A DNA stretch of 64,000 nt from an uncultured Clostridia bacterium (GCA_948630815.1 CAPIEU010000002.1:129862-193861), one strand, 5' to 3'. Positions 1 through 9,518 are shown, counted from the stretch's first letter. Numbers and translations: made by a program. The notes: a model not told the origin generated them from the letters alone.

Positions 1-63
1 AGCTTGTAATAGATAAAATTAGAAATATTATAAAGAATAAAGAGTAATATATAGGTGTTTTAA

Positions 64-948
64 ATGATAGAGAAATTAAGTAGATGTAATTTGTGTCCAC
101 ATAATTGTAATGTAAATAGATTAGAAGAAAAAATAGGAAGATGTAAGTGTAATGCTAAGGTTAAAATTGCCTTAGCATCACTTCATTATTACGAAGAACC
201 ATGTATTAGTGGAAAAAGTGGCTCAGGAACAGTATTTTTTAGTAATTGTAACCTACAATGTAAATATTGCCAAAATTATAAGATAAGCCAAGCAGGAAAA
301 GGACATGAAATAAAGGTAGAGGAATTAGCTAATATATTTTTAATTGAACAAGAAAAAGGAGCGAATAATATTAATCTAGTTACTCCAACATCATATGTAT
401 ACCACATAATAGAAGCATTAGATATAGCAAAGAAAAATGGGTTAAATATACCCATCATATATAATACAAATGGATATGAAAATGTAGAAACAATAGAATT
501 ATTAAAAGGATACATAGATGTATACTTACCAGATTTAAAGTATTATAGTAACAAAATTGCAAAAAAATATTCAGGAATAGATAATTACTTTGAAATAGCA
601 ACAAAAGCAATACAAGTGATGTATGAACAAGTTGGAGTACCTATATTTAATGAAGATGGAGTTATAAAAAAAGGTGTAATAATAAGACATTTAGTATTAC
701 CAAACCATATATTAAATTCAAAACATATATTACATTGGATTAAAGAAAATATGCCAAGTAATATATATGTTAGTGTAATGGCACAATATTTTCCAACTTA
801 TAAAGCAAAACAAGATGAATTAATAAATAGGAAATTAACAAGGAAAGAATATAGGCAAATAGAGGAATATTTGTATTCTTTAGATTTAAAAAATGGGTAT
901 ATACAAGAATTAGGAGAACACGAAGAAGAGTATGTTCCAAATTTCTAA
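64..948 (+). CDS. radical SAM protein (PflX / pyruvate formate-lyase activase-like)
   Basis: 294-aa ORF. It has the CxxxCxxC radical-SAM motif CNLQCKYCQN and an extra N-terminal Cys cluster (CNLCPHNC..GRCKC). Confidence 0.85.
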   Translation: MIEKLSRCNLCPHNCNVNRLEEKIGRCKCNAKVKIALASLHYYEEPCISGKSGSGTVFFSNCNLQCKYCQNYKISQAGKGHEIKVEELANIFLIEQEKGANNINLVTPTSYVYHIIEALDIAKKNGLNIPIIYNTNGYENVETIELLKGYIDVYLPDLKYYSNKIAKKYSGIDNYFEIATKAIQVMYEQVGVPIFNEDGVIKKGVIIRHLVLPNHILNSKHILHWIKENMPSNIYVSVMAQYFPTYKAKQDELINRKLTRKEYRQIEEYLYSLDLKNGYIQELGEHEEEYVPNF

Positions 949-1099
949 AATTATGTAAAATTGATTGACTATTTTACATAAAAGTGATAAAATAATCAAC
1001 ATATGCTTATAAAAAAAGTGTTATTTTACATTATGAATAATACGAGAAAGGAGCGAAAAAGACGAATAAGCATATGAAACAACTAGAGGGAGTATTAAT

Positions 1100-1549
1100 A
1101 TGCGAAAAAGTATAGCAGTATTATCAACAGTACTTATGCTTAATTGTTGTAACCTAACTGCATTAGCTGAAGAAACAACGAATTATAATGAGGGTGAAGA
1201 AGCAGGTAAAAGGGTGATAAACAATATTGAGCAGGCAAGCAATCTTGTAAATGGAGACTGGGATGCAATTGAGATAAGTGGCTTATATATTAGGCTTTAT
1301 GACTCGGTTGTGGAAATGGTAGAAGCAGAAGGAGAAATAAAAGGCTATCAAATTGTAGAGATAAATTATTCAGGTGATGGAAAATATTTTTCTATAAAAG
1401 TGAAACCTACAGTCTACCATGTAAAAAAAGGGGATACCCTTACAAAGATTGCTAAAGAAAAAGACCTCACAGTAGATAAGCTACTGGAAATGAATTCAGA
1501 AATAACAAATCCAAACCTTATTTATGAGGGAGATACTCTAAAGTTTTAA
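1100..1549 (+). CDS. secreted LysM-domain protein
   Basis: Hydrophobic signal-like N-terminus. The C-terminus is a LysM domain (YHVKKGDTLTKIAKEKDLTVDKLLEMNSEITNPNLIYEGDTLKF). RBS GAGGGAG lies upstream. Confidence 0.8.
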   Translation: MRKSIAVLSTVLMLNCCNLTALAEETTNYNEGEEAGKRVINNIEQASNLVNGDWDAIEISGLYIRLYDSVVEMVEAEGEIKGYQIVEINYSGDGKYFSIKVKPTVYHVKKGDTLTKIAKEKDLTVDKLLEMNSEITNPNLIYEGDTLKF

Positions 1550-1605
1550 ATGACACGTCTTTTTTATTCTAAAAAAGCAGGGAAAATTAAATTTCCCTGC
1601 TTATC

Positions 1606-2841
1606 TTAAACATCTAATTTATGAAATACTTTTTTACCCTTTTTTAAAATTGCATATCCATTAGTAAAATCAGTATCAGTTAAGATATAATTTATATCTT
1701 CTATTTTATTATCATTTAAAGTGATTCCCCCTTGGGCTATTAAAGTTCTTGCTTGACCTTTTGAAGGAGCAATACCAGTTATTATTATTGCATCAACAAT
1801 AGAAATATTTTTATTATCAATTTTTGTTGTTGGCATATTTTCAGTACTTCCATTACCATTAAATAAGGCTTTTGCAGCTTCTTCAGCCTTAATTGCTTCA
1901 TCTTCACCATGAATAAGTTTCGTAATTTCGAAAGCAGCAATTTTTTTTGCTTCATTTATTTTTTCATTTTTTAAGCTAGCAAGTTTTCTAACTTCTTCCA
2001 TAGGAAGATATGTAAGCATTCTTAGAACATCATATACTTCAGTATCTCCAATGTTTCTCCAGTATTGGTAAAATTCATATGGAGAAGTTTTATTAGCATC
2101 TAACCACAAAGCTCCATTCACAGTTTTACCCATTTTTTTACCCTCTGCATTAAGAAGTAGAGGACAAGTTACGCAAAAACTTCCATTTTGATGGATTTTA
2201 CGTATTAAATCAACACCAGCAAGCATATTAGACCATTGGTCATCTCCACCAATTTGAACTTTACATCCTTTTTCTTCAAAAAGATGTAGGAAATCATAGC
2301 TTTGCATAAGCATATAATTTAATTCAAAAAATGTTAATCCTTTTTCCATACGTTGTTTAAAACATTCGGCATCAAGCATTCTATTTACATTAAAGTGGAT
2401 ACCATATGTACGAATAAAATCCATATAATTTAAGTCTAATATCCAATCACCATTATTTACTATAATAGCAGCATTATCACCCTCGAAAGAAATAAATTTA
2501 CTTACTTGTTTTATAATGTTGTCTACATTTTTTGAAATTTCTTCGTGAGTTAACATTTTTCTCATATCTGTTTTTCCACTTGGATCGCCAATAAATGCAG
2601 TACCTCCACCTACTAAAATTATAGGAGTATGACCACATTTTTGGAAATATGACATCATCATTAGAGGAATAAAATGACCAATATGTATGCTATCAGCAGT
2701 AGGATCTATTCCTAAATATACTTTTGTTTTTTCTTTTTTTACCATTTCTTTAAATTCATGTTCAAAAGGAATCTGTTTAATTAAATCTCTATCTTTTAAC
2801 ACATCGTAAATAGATATATTACTTAAATCTTCATTTTGCAT
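1606..2841 (-). CDS. tyrS: tyrosine--tRNA ligase
   Basis: Class I HIGH motif (SIHIGHF), a KMGKT (KMSKS-type) motif and a C-terminal S4-like domain. 411 aa. Confidence 0.95.
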   Translation of the reverse strand: MQNEDLSNISIYDVLKDRDLIKQIPFEHEFKEMVKKEKTKVYLGIDPTADSIHIGHFIPLMMMSYFQKCGHTPIILVGGGTAFIGDPSGKTDMRKMLTHEEISKNVDNIIKQVSKFISFEGDNAAIIVNNGDWILDLNYMDFIRTYGIHFNVNRMLDAECFKQRMEKGLTFFELNYMLMQSYDFLHLFEEKGCKVQIGGDDQWSNMLAGVDLIRKIHQNGSFCVTCPLLLNAEGKKMGKTVNGALWLDANKTSPYEFYQYWRNIGDTEVYDVLRMLTYLPMEEVRKLASLKNEKINEAKKIAAFEITKLIHGEDEAIKAEEAAKALFNGNGSTENMPTTKIDNKNISIVDAIIITGIAPSKGQARTLIAQGGITLNDNKIEDINYILTDTDFTNGYAILKKGKKVFHKLDV

Positions 2842-2933
2842 TTTTTACCTCCTTGTTAGAAGCCTAAGTTTAAATGTTATATATAAATAACTTTAAGATT
2901 TTTAACTTCTAATTTTTTATACTTCTTGTTAAA

Positions 2934-2960
2934 TAAAAAGCACAGTACTGTGCTTTTTAT
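2934..2960. terminator. palindromic hairpin terminator between the 2978-3214 gene and tyrS
   Basis: aaaaaGCACAGTACTGTGCttttt is a perfect palindromic stem flanked by A-run and T-run. Confidence 0.7.
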
Positions 2961-2977
2961 TTAACAAATATTAGTAC

Positions 2978-3214
2978 CTATATTAATTTACTAGATATTT
3001 TAGAAAAATCCTTGTTTTCAAAATATCTATTTAAATTTTTTACAGATATTCCAGTATCAACTGAAATAGAATCTATTGAATTAGAATAGTTTTCATTTTC
3101 TAAATAACTTTTTAATTTAGACATTTCGAAAGTATCTTTTGGGCTACAGTTATAACAAACATTACTATCAGCTAGAAAAAAACATCCACAACGATCACAT
3201 TTTTTAAATTCCAT
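2978..3214 (-). CDS. small zinc-ribbon protein (YvyF/TIGR03826-like architecture)
   Basis: Start chosen at MEFKKCDRCGCFF because AGGAGG lies 7 nt upstream. CxxC..CxxC ribbon followed by an HTH-like tail. Confidence 0.5.
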   Translation of the reverse strand: MEFKKCDRCGCFFLADSNVCYNCSPKDTFEMSKLKSYLENENYSNSIDSISVDTGISVKNLNRYFENKDFSKISSKLI

Positions 3215-3309
3215 AATAATCCTCCTAAAACATATTCTTTTGTTTCTCGACATACATTTTATCACTTAAATGCAAAAAAAGGAAGATAAAATCGAAAAAT
3301 AATTTAATT

Positions 3310-3338
3310 TTGACATTTTTTTAAAAACAGAGTATAAT
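3310..3338 (+). promoter_or_regulatory. consensus sigma-A promoter for ORF 3387
   Basis: TTGACA, 17-nt spacer, TATAAT. Confidence 0.7.
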
Positions 3339-3386
3339 TAAAGTAATTAGGCAATAAAGCCATGTAAAAATACAATAAAAGGAGAT

Positions 3387-3698
3387 ATGAATATGGAACA
3401 GCAAAGGACATTAAAAACAATTGACGAGATATTTGAGGTAATTGTTGCCGCATATAAGTCATCTGACAATGTGCGGGTATATATTCCAAGAGAAATTGTT
3501 GTCTCTACCAATACTATGGAACATAAGAGTATATTTTTAGAGACGAAAAGAAGTAGTAATCCTGAATTTTCCTTAATATCAGGTATTGTAATTCCAGGAA
3601 AAGAAAAAATGACATTTGACACTGAAAATAAGCCAAATAAAATTTTGACACTTTTATGGGATACAAGTGAGGAAACCGATTACTGCGGAATGTATTAA
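3387..3698 (+). CDS. hypothetical protein (103 aa)
   Basis: RBS AAGGAGA. A consensus promoter lies upstream and a GC-rich hairpin follows the stop directly. Contains an in-frame CGG-G codon at 3474 that does not break the frame. Confidence 0.6.
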   Translation: MNMEQQRTLKTIDEIFEVIVAAYKSSDNVRVYIPREIVVSTNTMEHKSIFLETKRSSNPEFSLISGIVIPGKEKMTFDTENKPNKILTLLWDTSEETDYCGMY

Positions 3699-3705
3699 GT
3701 TAAAA

Positions 3706-3735
3706 CCCCCGAGCCAGACAGTTTTGGCACGGGGG
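3706..3735. terminator. bidirectional GC-rich hairpin between convergent genes
   Basis: CCCCCGAGCC..GGCACGGGGG stem. Confidence 0.7.
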
Positions 3736-3740
3736 GGTTG

Positions 3741-3863
3741 CTATTTACAGTTATTGTTTTTATTATTTTGTTTTTGATTATTCATTTCTTCTCTATTTTG
3801 ATTTTCTATTCTTTCGTTATTTTTGTTTTGATTTTTATTTTGATTTTTTGAATTCTTTGCCAT
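3741..3863 (-). CDS. small N/K/Q-rich hydrophilic protein (40 aa), possibly spore-associated
   Basis: Start at MAKNSKNQNKNQNK with GGAGGTG RBS. Extremely low-complexity polar composition. Confidence 0.45.
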   Translation of the reverse strand: MAKNSKNQNKNQNKNNERIENQNREEMNNQKQNNKNNNCK

Positions 3864-4015
3864 TAAAAGCACCTCCATTTCTTTTACAATAATATTTTTT
3901 ACGAAAATGGAAAAAATATTCATTAAAAAATAAAATGAGTTAAAAAATTAACAATATGTAGAAAATTGTGATATAATAGTAATCGAAGTATTTTAGAATT
4001 TAGGAGAATTATTAA

Positions 4016-4723
4016 ATGAATAATGTAGTAATTGGAATAGAAGGATTAGTTGGAGCTGGTAAAACTTCTATATGTAGGAAACTTATAGAAATTATGCCAC
4101 AAACAGTTTTATTAAATGGGGGGAACTTATATAGAACTATTGTATATGCAATGATGCAAAGTGGAAAAAGATTAGAAAATTTAAAAATTGAAACAAACAA
4201 TATTGATATTAAAGCTGTTATGGATTATTTTAATATTGAAATAAAGATAGAAAATAATGAAACTAACTTTTATATAAATGGCAAATTAGCTAAAGAAGAA
4301 GATTTACAATCAAAAGAAGCATCTCTTGCAGTATCAGTAGTTGGTGGAAAAGCTGATAATACAGCACTGTTTGTGTTTGCAAGGGATTTAATTGAAAATT
4401 TAAACAAAAATTATAATGTTATAATATCTGGAAGAAACATAATGCAAATTTATCCTAATATAGATTATCATTTTTTTATAACAGCTAGTTTAGATGAACG
4501 CATAAGAAGAAAATGCATACAATATAAGGGTGAAGTAAGAGAGGACGAAGTACAACAAAATATAATTAAGAGAGATGAATTGCAAGAAAAAGCAGGATTT
4601 TATAAATTACATAATAAAACAATTAAAATAGATGTTACAGAATGTAAAACAGTAGAAGAATCAACAAATAAGGTGTTAGAAAAAATAAAATTACCAGAAT
4701 TACTTCATGGGAGCGAAATGTAA
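4016..4723 (+). CDS. cytidylate-kinase-like P-loop NTPase
   Basis: Walker A GLVGAGKTS at the N-terminus. Length and layout fit (d)CMP-kinase-like family proteins. Confidence 0.6.
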   Translation: MNNVVIGIEGLVGAGKTSICRKLIEIMPQTVLLNGGNLYRTIVYAMMQSGKRLENLKIETNNIDIKAVMDYFNIEIKIENNETNFYINGKLAKEEDLQSKEASLAVSVVGGKADNTALFVFARDLIENLNKNYNVIISGRNIMQIYPNIDYHFFITASLDERIRRKCIQYKGEVREDEVQQNIIKRDELQEKAGFYKLHNKTIKIDVTECKTVEESTNKVLEKIKLPELLHGSEM

Positions 4724-4773
4724 TAGTTAATAATACAAAATTTGCTTTGCAAGTTTTGAAGGAGGAAATCATT

Positions 4774-6174
4774 TTGAGTTATATTAATGAAAAATTAGTA
4801 GAATTTAATAACTATTTAAAAAATAGGAAAGTAGCAATAATTGGACTAGGAGTAAGTAATATACCATTAATAGATTATTTATATAACTTGCAAGCTAAAG
4901 TTACTGTGTTTGATGATAGAAATATTGAGGATATACCAAAAGATATATTGGATAAAATTACAAAATATACTTTTGAATTTTCTTTTGGAGAGAACTGTTT
5001 ATTAAAACTTGTAGGATTTGATATAATATTTCGTTCTCCAAGTTGTATGCCTACTTTAAAAGAATTAGTAGAAGAAGAAAAAAGAGGGGCAATAGTAACC
5101 ACTGAAATAGAAATGCTTATGGAAATGGCTCCATGTAAAATTATAGGTATAACAGGTAGTGATGGAAAAACTACTACTACAAGTCTTATCTATTCTATTT
5201 TAAAAGAAGCAGGGTATAATGCACACTTAGGAGGAAATATTGGAACACCATTATTTACAAAACTTGAAAACATTAAGCCAGAAGATATAATTGTATTAGA
5301 ATTAAGCAGTTTTCAATTGATGAATATGAATGTAAGTCCAGATATTGCAGTAATAACAAATGTAACTCCAAATCATTTAAATATACATAGTTCATATGAA
5401 GAATATATAGATGCAAAGAAAAATATATTTAAAAATCAAAAAGAAGATGGAATAGTAGTACTAAACTATGACAATCAAATTACAAGAAACTGTAAAAATG
5501 AAGCAAATGGAAAGGTAGTATTATTTAGTAGTAAAGAAAAATTAGATAATGGAATTATTGTTGATATTGATGTTATAAAAGAGTGTGAAGATAAATTAAG
5601 GAAACATATAGTAAATACGAAAGATGTTAAATTAAGAGGAATACATAATTATGAAAACATTGCAGCAGCAATTGCAGCAACGAAATTTCTAGTAGATACA
5701 GAAGTTATAACAAAAGCAATTAAAGAGTTTAATGGAGTTGCTCATAGACTAGAATTTATAAGAGAACTTAATGGAGTAAAATGGTATAATGATTCTATAG
5801 GAACAAGTCCAACAAGAACAATTGCAGGGTTAAACTCATTTGATGAAGAGATTATACTAATCGCAGGTGGATATGATAAACATTTAGATTATGAGCCAAT
5901 AGCAAAACCAATAGTAGATAATGTAAAAGGTTTAATTTTAATAGGAGAGACAGCAAAAAAGATTTATAATGCAGTAGAAAAAGAATTAAAAATACAAGGC
6001 AAAGATTTAGATATTTATATGTGTAAAGAATTTAATCAAACAGTACAAATAGCAAATGAGATTTCAAAACCAGGTCAAATAGTTTTATTTTCACCAGCAA
6101 GTGCAAGCTTTGATTTATTTAAAAACTTTGCTGAAAGAGGAGAAAAGTTTAAAGAATTGGTAAATAATTTGTAA
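4774..6174 (+). CDS. murD: UDP-N-acetylmuramoyl-L-alanine--D-glutamate ligase
   Basis: Mur ligase ATP-binding motif GITGSDGKTTTT. TTG start at 4774 lies behind AAGGAGGA. The ORF track starts 27 nt earlier. Confidence 0.9.
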   Translation: MSYINEKLVEFNNYLKNRKVAIIGLGVSNIPLIDYLYNLQAKVTVFDDRNIEDIPKDILDKITKYTFEFSFGENCLLKLVGFDIIFRSPSCMPTLKELVEEEKRGAIVTTEIEMLMEMAPCKIIGITGSDGKTTTTSLIYSILKEAGYNAHLGGNIGTPLFTKLENIKPEDIIVLELSSFQLMNMNVSPDIAVITNVTPNHLNIHSSYEEYIDAKKNIFKNQKEDGIVVLNYDNQITRNCKNEANGKVVLFSSKEKLDNGIIVDIDVIKECEDKLRKHIVNTKDVKLRGIHNYENIAAAIAATKFLVDTEVITKAIKEFNGVAHRLEFIRELNGVKWYNDSIGTSPTRTIAGLNSFDEEIILIAGGYDKHLDYEPIAKPIVDNVKGLILIGETAKKIYNAVEKELKIQGKDLDIYMCKEFNQTVQIANEISKPGQIVLFSPASASFDLFKNFAERGEKFKELVNNL

Positions 6175-6202
6175 ATTTGTAAAAATATTTCTTTAGATTT
6201 AA

Positions 6203-6231
6203 TTGACATAGTAAATAAAATTTAGTATAAT
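6203..6231 (+). promoter_or_regulatory. consensus sigma-A promoter driving the toxI-like repeats and toxN
   Basis: TTGACA (6203-6208), 17-nt spacer, TATAAT (6226-6231). Confidence 0.75.
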
Positions 6232-6265
6232 GAATATATTAAGATAGGCAACATTAGTTATCTAT

Positions 6266-6385
6266 CTTTAAAAGAGGAGTACCACTGCCAATAAGTGTGG
6301 AGCTTTAAAAGAGGAGTACCACTGCCAATAAGTGTGGAGCTTTAAAAGAGGAGTACCACTGCCAATAAGTGTGGAGCTTTAAAAG
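6266..6385 (+). ncRNA. ToxI-like type III antitoxin RNA: 3.25 tandem 37-nt repeats
   Basis: CTTTAAAAGAGGAGTACCACTGCCAATAAGTGTGGAG occurs at 6266, 6303 and 6340, with a 9-nt partial copy at 6377. The copies are identical with no spacers. Each unit has a CCAC..GTGG hairpin and an A-rich junction. Confidence 0.8.
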
Positions 6386-6455
6386 TTTAAATGGGGGTTA
6401 GCTTATAAGGGCTTACCCTCTTTTTGTATTAAAATAAAGAAAGGAATAACATAAA

Positions 6456-6950
6456 ATGGAAAATAACAATTTGTATTTTTATGAAGTAAATGATGAATAT
6501 GTAGAATATATGAGTAGATATGATGAAAAAATTATGTATACAAAAATAGAAAATAGGAAATTTAAAAGGAAATATATAGGAATACTATTTGAAATTAATA
6601 ATAAATATTATATTTCACCATTATCAAGTTATAAAACTAAGCATAATCAAATGGAAGAGGGGTTAGATTTTATAAAAATTGGACACAAAGCTGTTATAAA
6701 TTTGAATAATATGTTTCCTGTAAAAATGGAAAATATTCGAAAAGTAGATATAGAAAAGGAAAATGACAATAATTATAAACAATTGCTGAGAAATGAGTAT
6801 AATTTATGTGTACCTAAGTTCAAGAGAATAATAAAAAATGCAAAAGCATTATATGAACAAGTTGTTATATATGAAATGCCAATAAAGAATAGATGTTGTG
6901 ATTTTAAATTATTAGAGAAAAAATGTGAAGAATATAGTAACCAAAAATAA
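6456..6950 (+). CDS. ToxN/AbiQ-family type III toxin endoribonuclease
   Basis: 164 aa. The N-terminus (LYFYEVNDEYVEYMSRYDEKI ... RKYIGILFEINNKYYISPLSSYKTKH) resembles AbiQ/ToxN. It lies directly downstream of the tandem RNA repeats and a weak hairpin with T-run (about 6398-6426). Confidence 0.8.
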   Translation: MENNNLYFYEVNDEYVEYMSRYDEKIMYTKIENRKFKRKYIGILFEINNKYYISPLSSYKTKHNQMEEGLDFIKIGHKAVINLNNMFPVKMENIRKVDIEKENDNNYKQLLRNEYNLCVPKFKRIIKNAKALYEQVVIYEMPIKNRCCDFKLLEKKCEEYSNQK

Positions 6951-6993
6951 AAAATATACATATACTACTATAAAAAATAGTAGGAGGGATAGT

Positions 6994-7527
6994 ATGTATA
7001 ATAATACATCATATGAAGAATATATGAGAAATGTATTAGGTTACACGCCAAGTTGTATGCAAGATACATTTGCTACAAATGATTATTACATAATGCAAAA
7101 TAGTAATGAATGTATGGAAAACTGTAATTTAACTGAATTGTTTCCAGATATGTACAGAAAGGTTTATCCATTAGTATGCAAAGAATGCAGTATGAATACA
7201 ATGCCAGTAACTAATGAAATCCTAGAGAAAATGACAGATAACGTTCTAAATCAAATAGATATTGATTTAAAAATCCAAACAAATGTAAAGATAGAAACAC
7301 GAAAAGAAGATTTGAAAAATGGTAGAATGCAAGAAATGAATTCTAGGAAGGAAGATAGGGCACCACAAAATAATGTATTACGAGATTTAATTAAAATTTT
7401 AATACTAAGAGAATTGTTAGATAGATTTCCAAATAGACCACCACATTCACCAAGGCCACCAATGCCAGGACCAGGACCACGTCCACCATTCCCAGGTGGA
7501 AGACCACCATTTCCAAGAGATTTTTAA
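6994..7527 (+). CDS. hypothetical protein with proline-rich C-terminal tail
   Basis: ATG at 6994 behind TAGGAGGGA. The C-terminus is RPPHSPRPPMPGPGPRPPFPGGRPPFP. Confidence 0.55.
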   Translation: MYNNTSYEEYMRNVLGYTPSCMQDTFATNDYYIMQNSNECMENCNLTELFPDMYRKVYPLVCKECSMNTMPVTNEILEKMTDNVLNQIDIDLKIQTNVKIETRKEDLKNGRMQEMNSRKEDRAPQNNVLRDLIKILILRELLDRFPNRPPHSPRPPMPGPGPRPPFPGGRPPFPRDF

Positions 7528-7665
7528 GTATAAAATGAAAAAAATTCCAAAATTATTTCCAAAATATTCATATTAAACTAAGAAATTTATAAATTTTGTC
7601 TTACATACTTTTTTTAAAAATGCACAAAATAAATTTGTACAAAATTTTGAAAGGAAGTATGTAAA

Positions 7666-8115
7666 ATGAATGTTAAAGATTGTATGAGTACAAAAGTATG
7701 TTATTGTACACCTGAAAATAGTGTAAAAGATGTTGCAAAATTAATGTGTGATAACCACGTGGGATGTATACCAGTTTGTAATGATGACAATTGTGTTGTA
7801 GGAGTAATTACAGATAGAGATGTTATTTTAAGAAGTATAGCTTGTGATAAAGACGTATGTAATACAAAAGTTACAGATATAATGACATGTAATCCGTGTT
7901 GTTGCACACCTGATATGGCAGTAGATGAAGCAACAAATTTAATGTCTAAGTTTCAAATAAGAAGAATACCTGTATGTGATGCAAGTAACAAAATAGTAGG
8001 TATTTTATCTTTAGGAGATTTAGCACATCATGATGGTGAAGTTGGAAAAGGTGAAGTGTGTGCTACTTTAGAAAATATATGCAAATGTAATGGAAATACT
8101 AAAAATGCAGAATAA
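7666..8115 (+). CDS. CBS-pair domain protein, unusually cysteine-rich
   Basis: Two CBS repeats (VGVITDRDVILR, IVGILSLGDLAHH). Many Cys residues in 149 aa. Confidence 0.8.
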   Translation: MNVKDCMSTKVCYCTPENSVKDVAKLMCDNHVGCIPVCNDDNCVVGVITDRDVILRSIACDKDVCNTKVTDIMTCNPCCCTPDMAVDEATNLMSKFQIRRIPVCDASNKIVGILSLGDLAHHDGEVGKGEVCATLENICKCNGNTKNAE

Positions 8116-8132
8116 TTATAATAAAAAATAAT

Positions 8133-8168
8133 ATAATAATAGAAGTAGGAAACTACTTCTATTATTAT
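8133..8168 (+). terminator. rho-independent terminator of the CBS gene
   Basis: ATAATAGAAGTAG-gaaa-CTACTTCTATTAT hairpin. Confidence 0.75.
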
Positions 8169-8186
8169 ACTTACTAACATACTGTG

Positions 8187-8357
8187 GTTACTGTTCAACC
8201 TAAAGGTTCATAACTAGCGTAAGTGTAGTAATATATTTATTTTGCCAAGTGTAGTACGCTTAAGTCTACAGAGGCATTGGCTAGTGTCGAAACTTTTCAA
8301 AATAAATATATTACTTTCGTGGGAGCGGATTGCAAACGGTATAGTCTAAACAGTAAC
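8187..8357. repeat. MITE-like palindromic element (171 bp) with 9-bp terminal inverted repeats
   Basis: GTTACTGTT at 8187 pairs with AACAGTAAC at 8349. It is flanked by the 8-bp direct repeat ATACTGTG (8179-8186 and 8358-8365). A second internal inverted repeat is GTAATATATTTATTTTG / CAAAATAAATATATTAC. Confidence 0.6.
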
Positions 8358-8414
8358 ATACTGTGAAATAGTTTAATTATATGCTTGGGAGCGGATTAGC
8401 TAAGCAAAAAAGGA

Positions 8415-9518
8415 ATGAAATATATGGTTATAGATATGAGTTATTGGACTAAAGTTTCTAAAAGAATTTTTGTACTAATATTAACAATTATAGGAATCTT
8501 TTTAGCATTTAAACTAGCAATATTTTATATGCCTTTTTTAGTTGCGTTTATTATATCTTTGCTAATTGAACCACTTATAAAATTTGTAAGTAAAAAGACA
8601 AGCCTAACAAGAAAAACAAGTGCAATTATAGTATTAATAGTAGTTTCATTAATTCTTATTGGCTTGATTGCCTGGGGAATTACATCAATTATTTCTGAAG
8701 CAACAAATCTTTTACAAGGATTGAATACTTATATAGAATCAGCATATAACCAAGTCCAAAATATTATATCTAACATAGATTTTAATAAACTAAAAATACC
8801 AGAAGAAGTAACAAAAGTAATACAAAATTCACTTTGGGACTTAATTGGAACAGTATCAAATTGGGTTAAAGAATTTCTTACTTCATTAATGGGATTTTTA
8901 ACAGAGATTCCAACCATAGCAATATATATTGGAATATGCTTTGTAGCAATTTATTTTATGTGTACAGATAAATTATATATGATAGATCAAATAGAACACC
9001 ATTTGCCAAAAGAATGGGTAAAAAGAATTTCAAGGCATACAAGAGACTTGATAAGTAGTTTGGGGCATTACTTAAAAGCGGAAGCTACTCTTATTTTAAT
9101 TTCATTTTTTGTATCTTTAATAGGTTTATATGTATTCAAATTTATAGGATTAAATATAAAATATCCACTTCTTGCGGCATTAGGGATAGGATTTGTAGAT
9201 GCACTTCCAATACTTGGCTCTGGAACTGCAATGATACCTTGGGCTGTCATTTCTGCAGTAAATGGAGATATAAAATTAGCACTTTCAATAATTATACTAT
9301 GGGTAATTATGTCTGTAATAAGGCAATTTGCAGAACCAAGAGTAGTAAGTAAACATATAGGAATACATCCAATATTTACATTAATTGCAATGTATACAGG
9401 GTTTAAAGCAATAGGAGTTCTTGGTATGTTTGTTGGACCAATTGTACTTATAATATTAAAAAATATTTTTGCAACAATGATAGATAAAGGAGTAGGAAAA
9501 GCAATTTTTGATAGGTAA
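8415..9518 (+). CDS. ytvI: AI-2E family transporter / sporulation integral membrane protein YtvI-like
   Basis: 367 aa, multi-pass membrane protein with perm-type C-terminal conserved region (GFVDALPILGSG..EPRVVSKHIGIHP). The exact start is uncertain (8415, 8427 or 8436). Confidence 0.75.
   Translation: MKYMVIDMSYWTKVSKRIFVLILTIIGIFLAFKLAIFYMPFLVAFIISLLIEPLIKFVSKKTSLTRKTSAIIVLIVVSLILIGLIAWGITSIISEATNLLQGLNTYIESAYNQVQNIISNIDFNKLKIPEEVTKVIQNSLWDLIGTVSNWVKEFLTSLMGFLTEIPTIAIYIGICFVAIYFMCTDKLYMIDQIEHHLPKEWVKRISRHTRDLISSLGHYLKAEATLILISFFVSLIGLYVFKFIGLNIKYPLLAALGIGFVDALPILGSGTAMIPWAVISAVNGDIKLALSIIILWVIMSVIRQFAEPRVVSKHIGIHPIFTLIAMYTGFKAIGVLGMFVGPIVLIILKNIFATMIDKGVGKAIFDR

Noticed and set aside
949-1099. 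Inverted repeats (TGTAAAAT/ATTTTACA and CATATGCTTAT/ATAAGCATATG) upstream of the LysM gene, considered as a possible riboswitch (for example c-di-AMP).
   Set aside because: I could not recognise any conserved core of a known riboswitch class. They are more simply a terminator of the radical-SAM gene plus a leader hairpin.
2842-2977. An expected T-box leader upstream of tyrS.
   Set aside because: The gap is only about 135 nt. It contains a terminator for the upstream gene and has no T-box consensus (no AANNNGGUGGUACCGCG-like sequence). This tyrS copy appears not to be T-box regulated.
6266-6385. The tandem 37-nt repeats could be mistaken for a CRISPR array.
   Set aside because: The repeats are directly contiguous with no spacers, there are only 3.25 copies and no cas genes are present. 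The layout (promoter, repeats, hairpin, ToxN-like ORF) fits a type III antitoxin RNA.
7621-7650. The near-palindrome AAATTTGTACAAAATTT upstream of the CBS gene, considered as a regulator operator.
   Set aside because: It is off by one base from symmetry and occurs once. AT-rich near-palindromes are frequent by chance in this genome.
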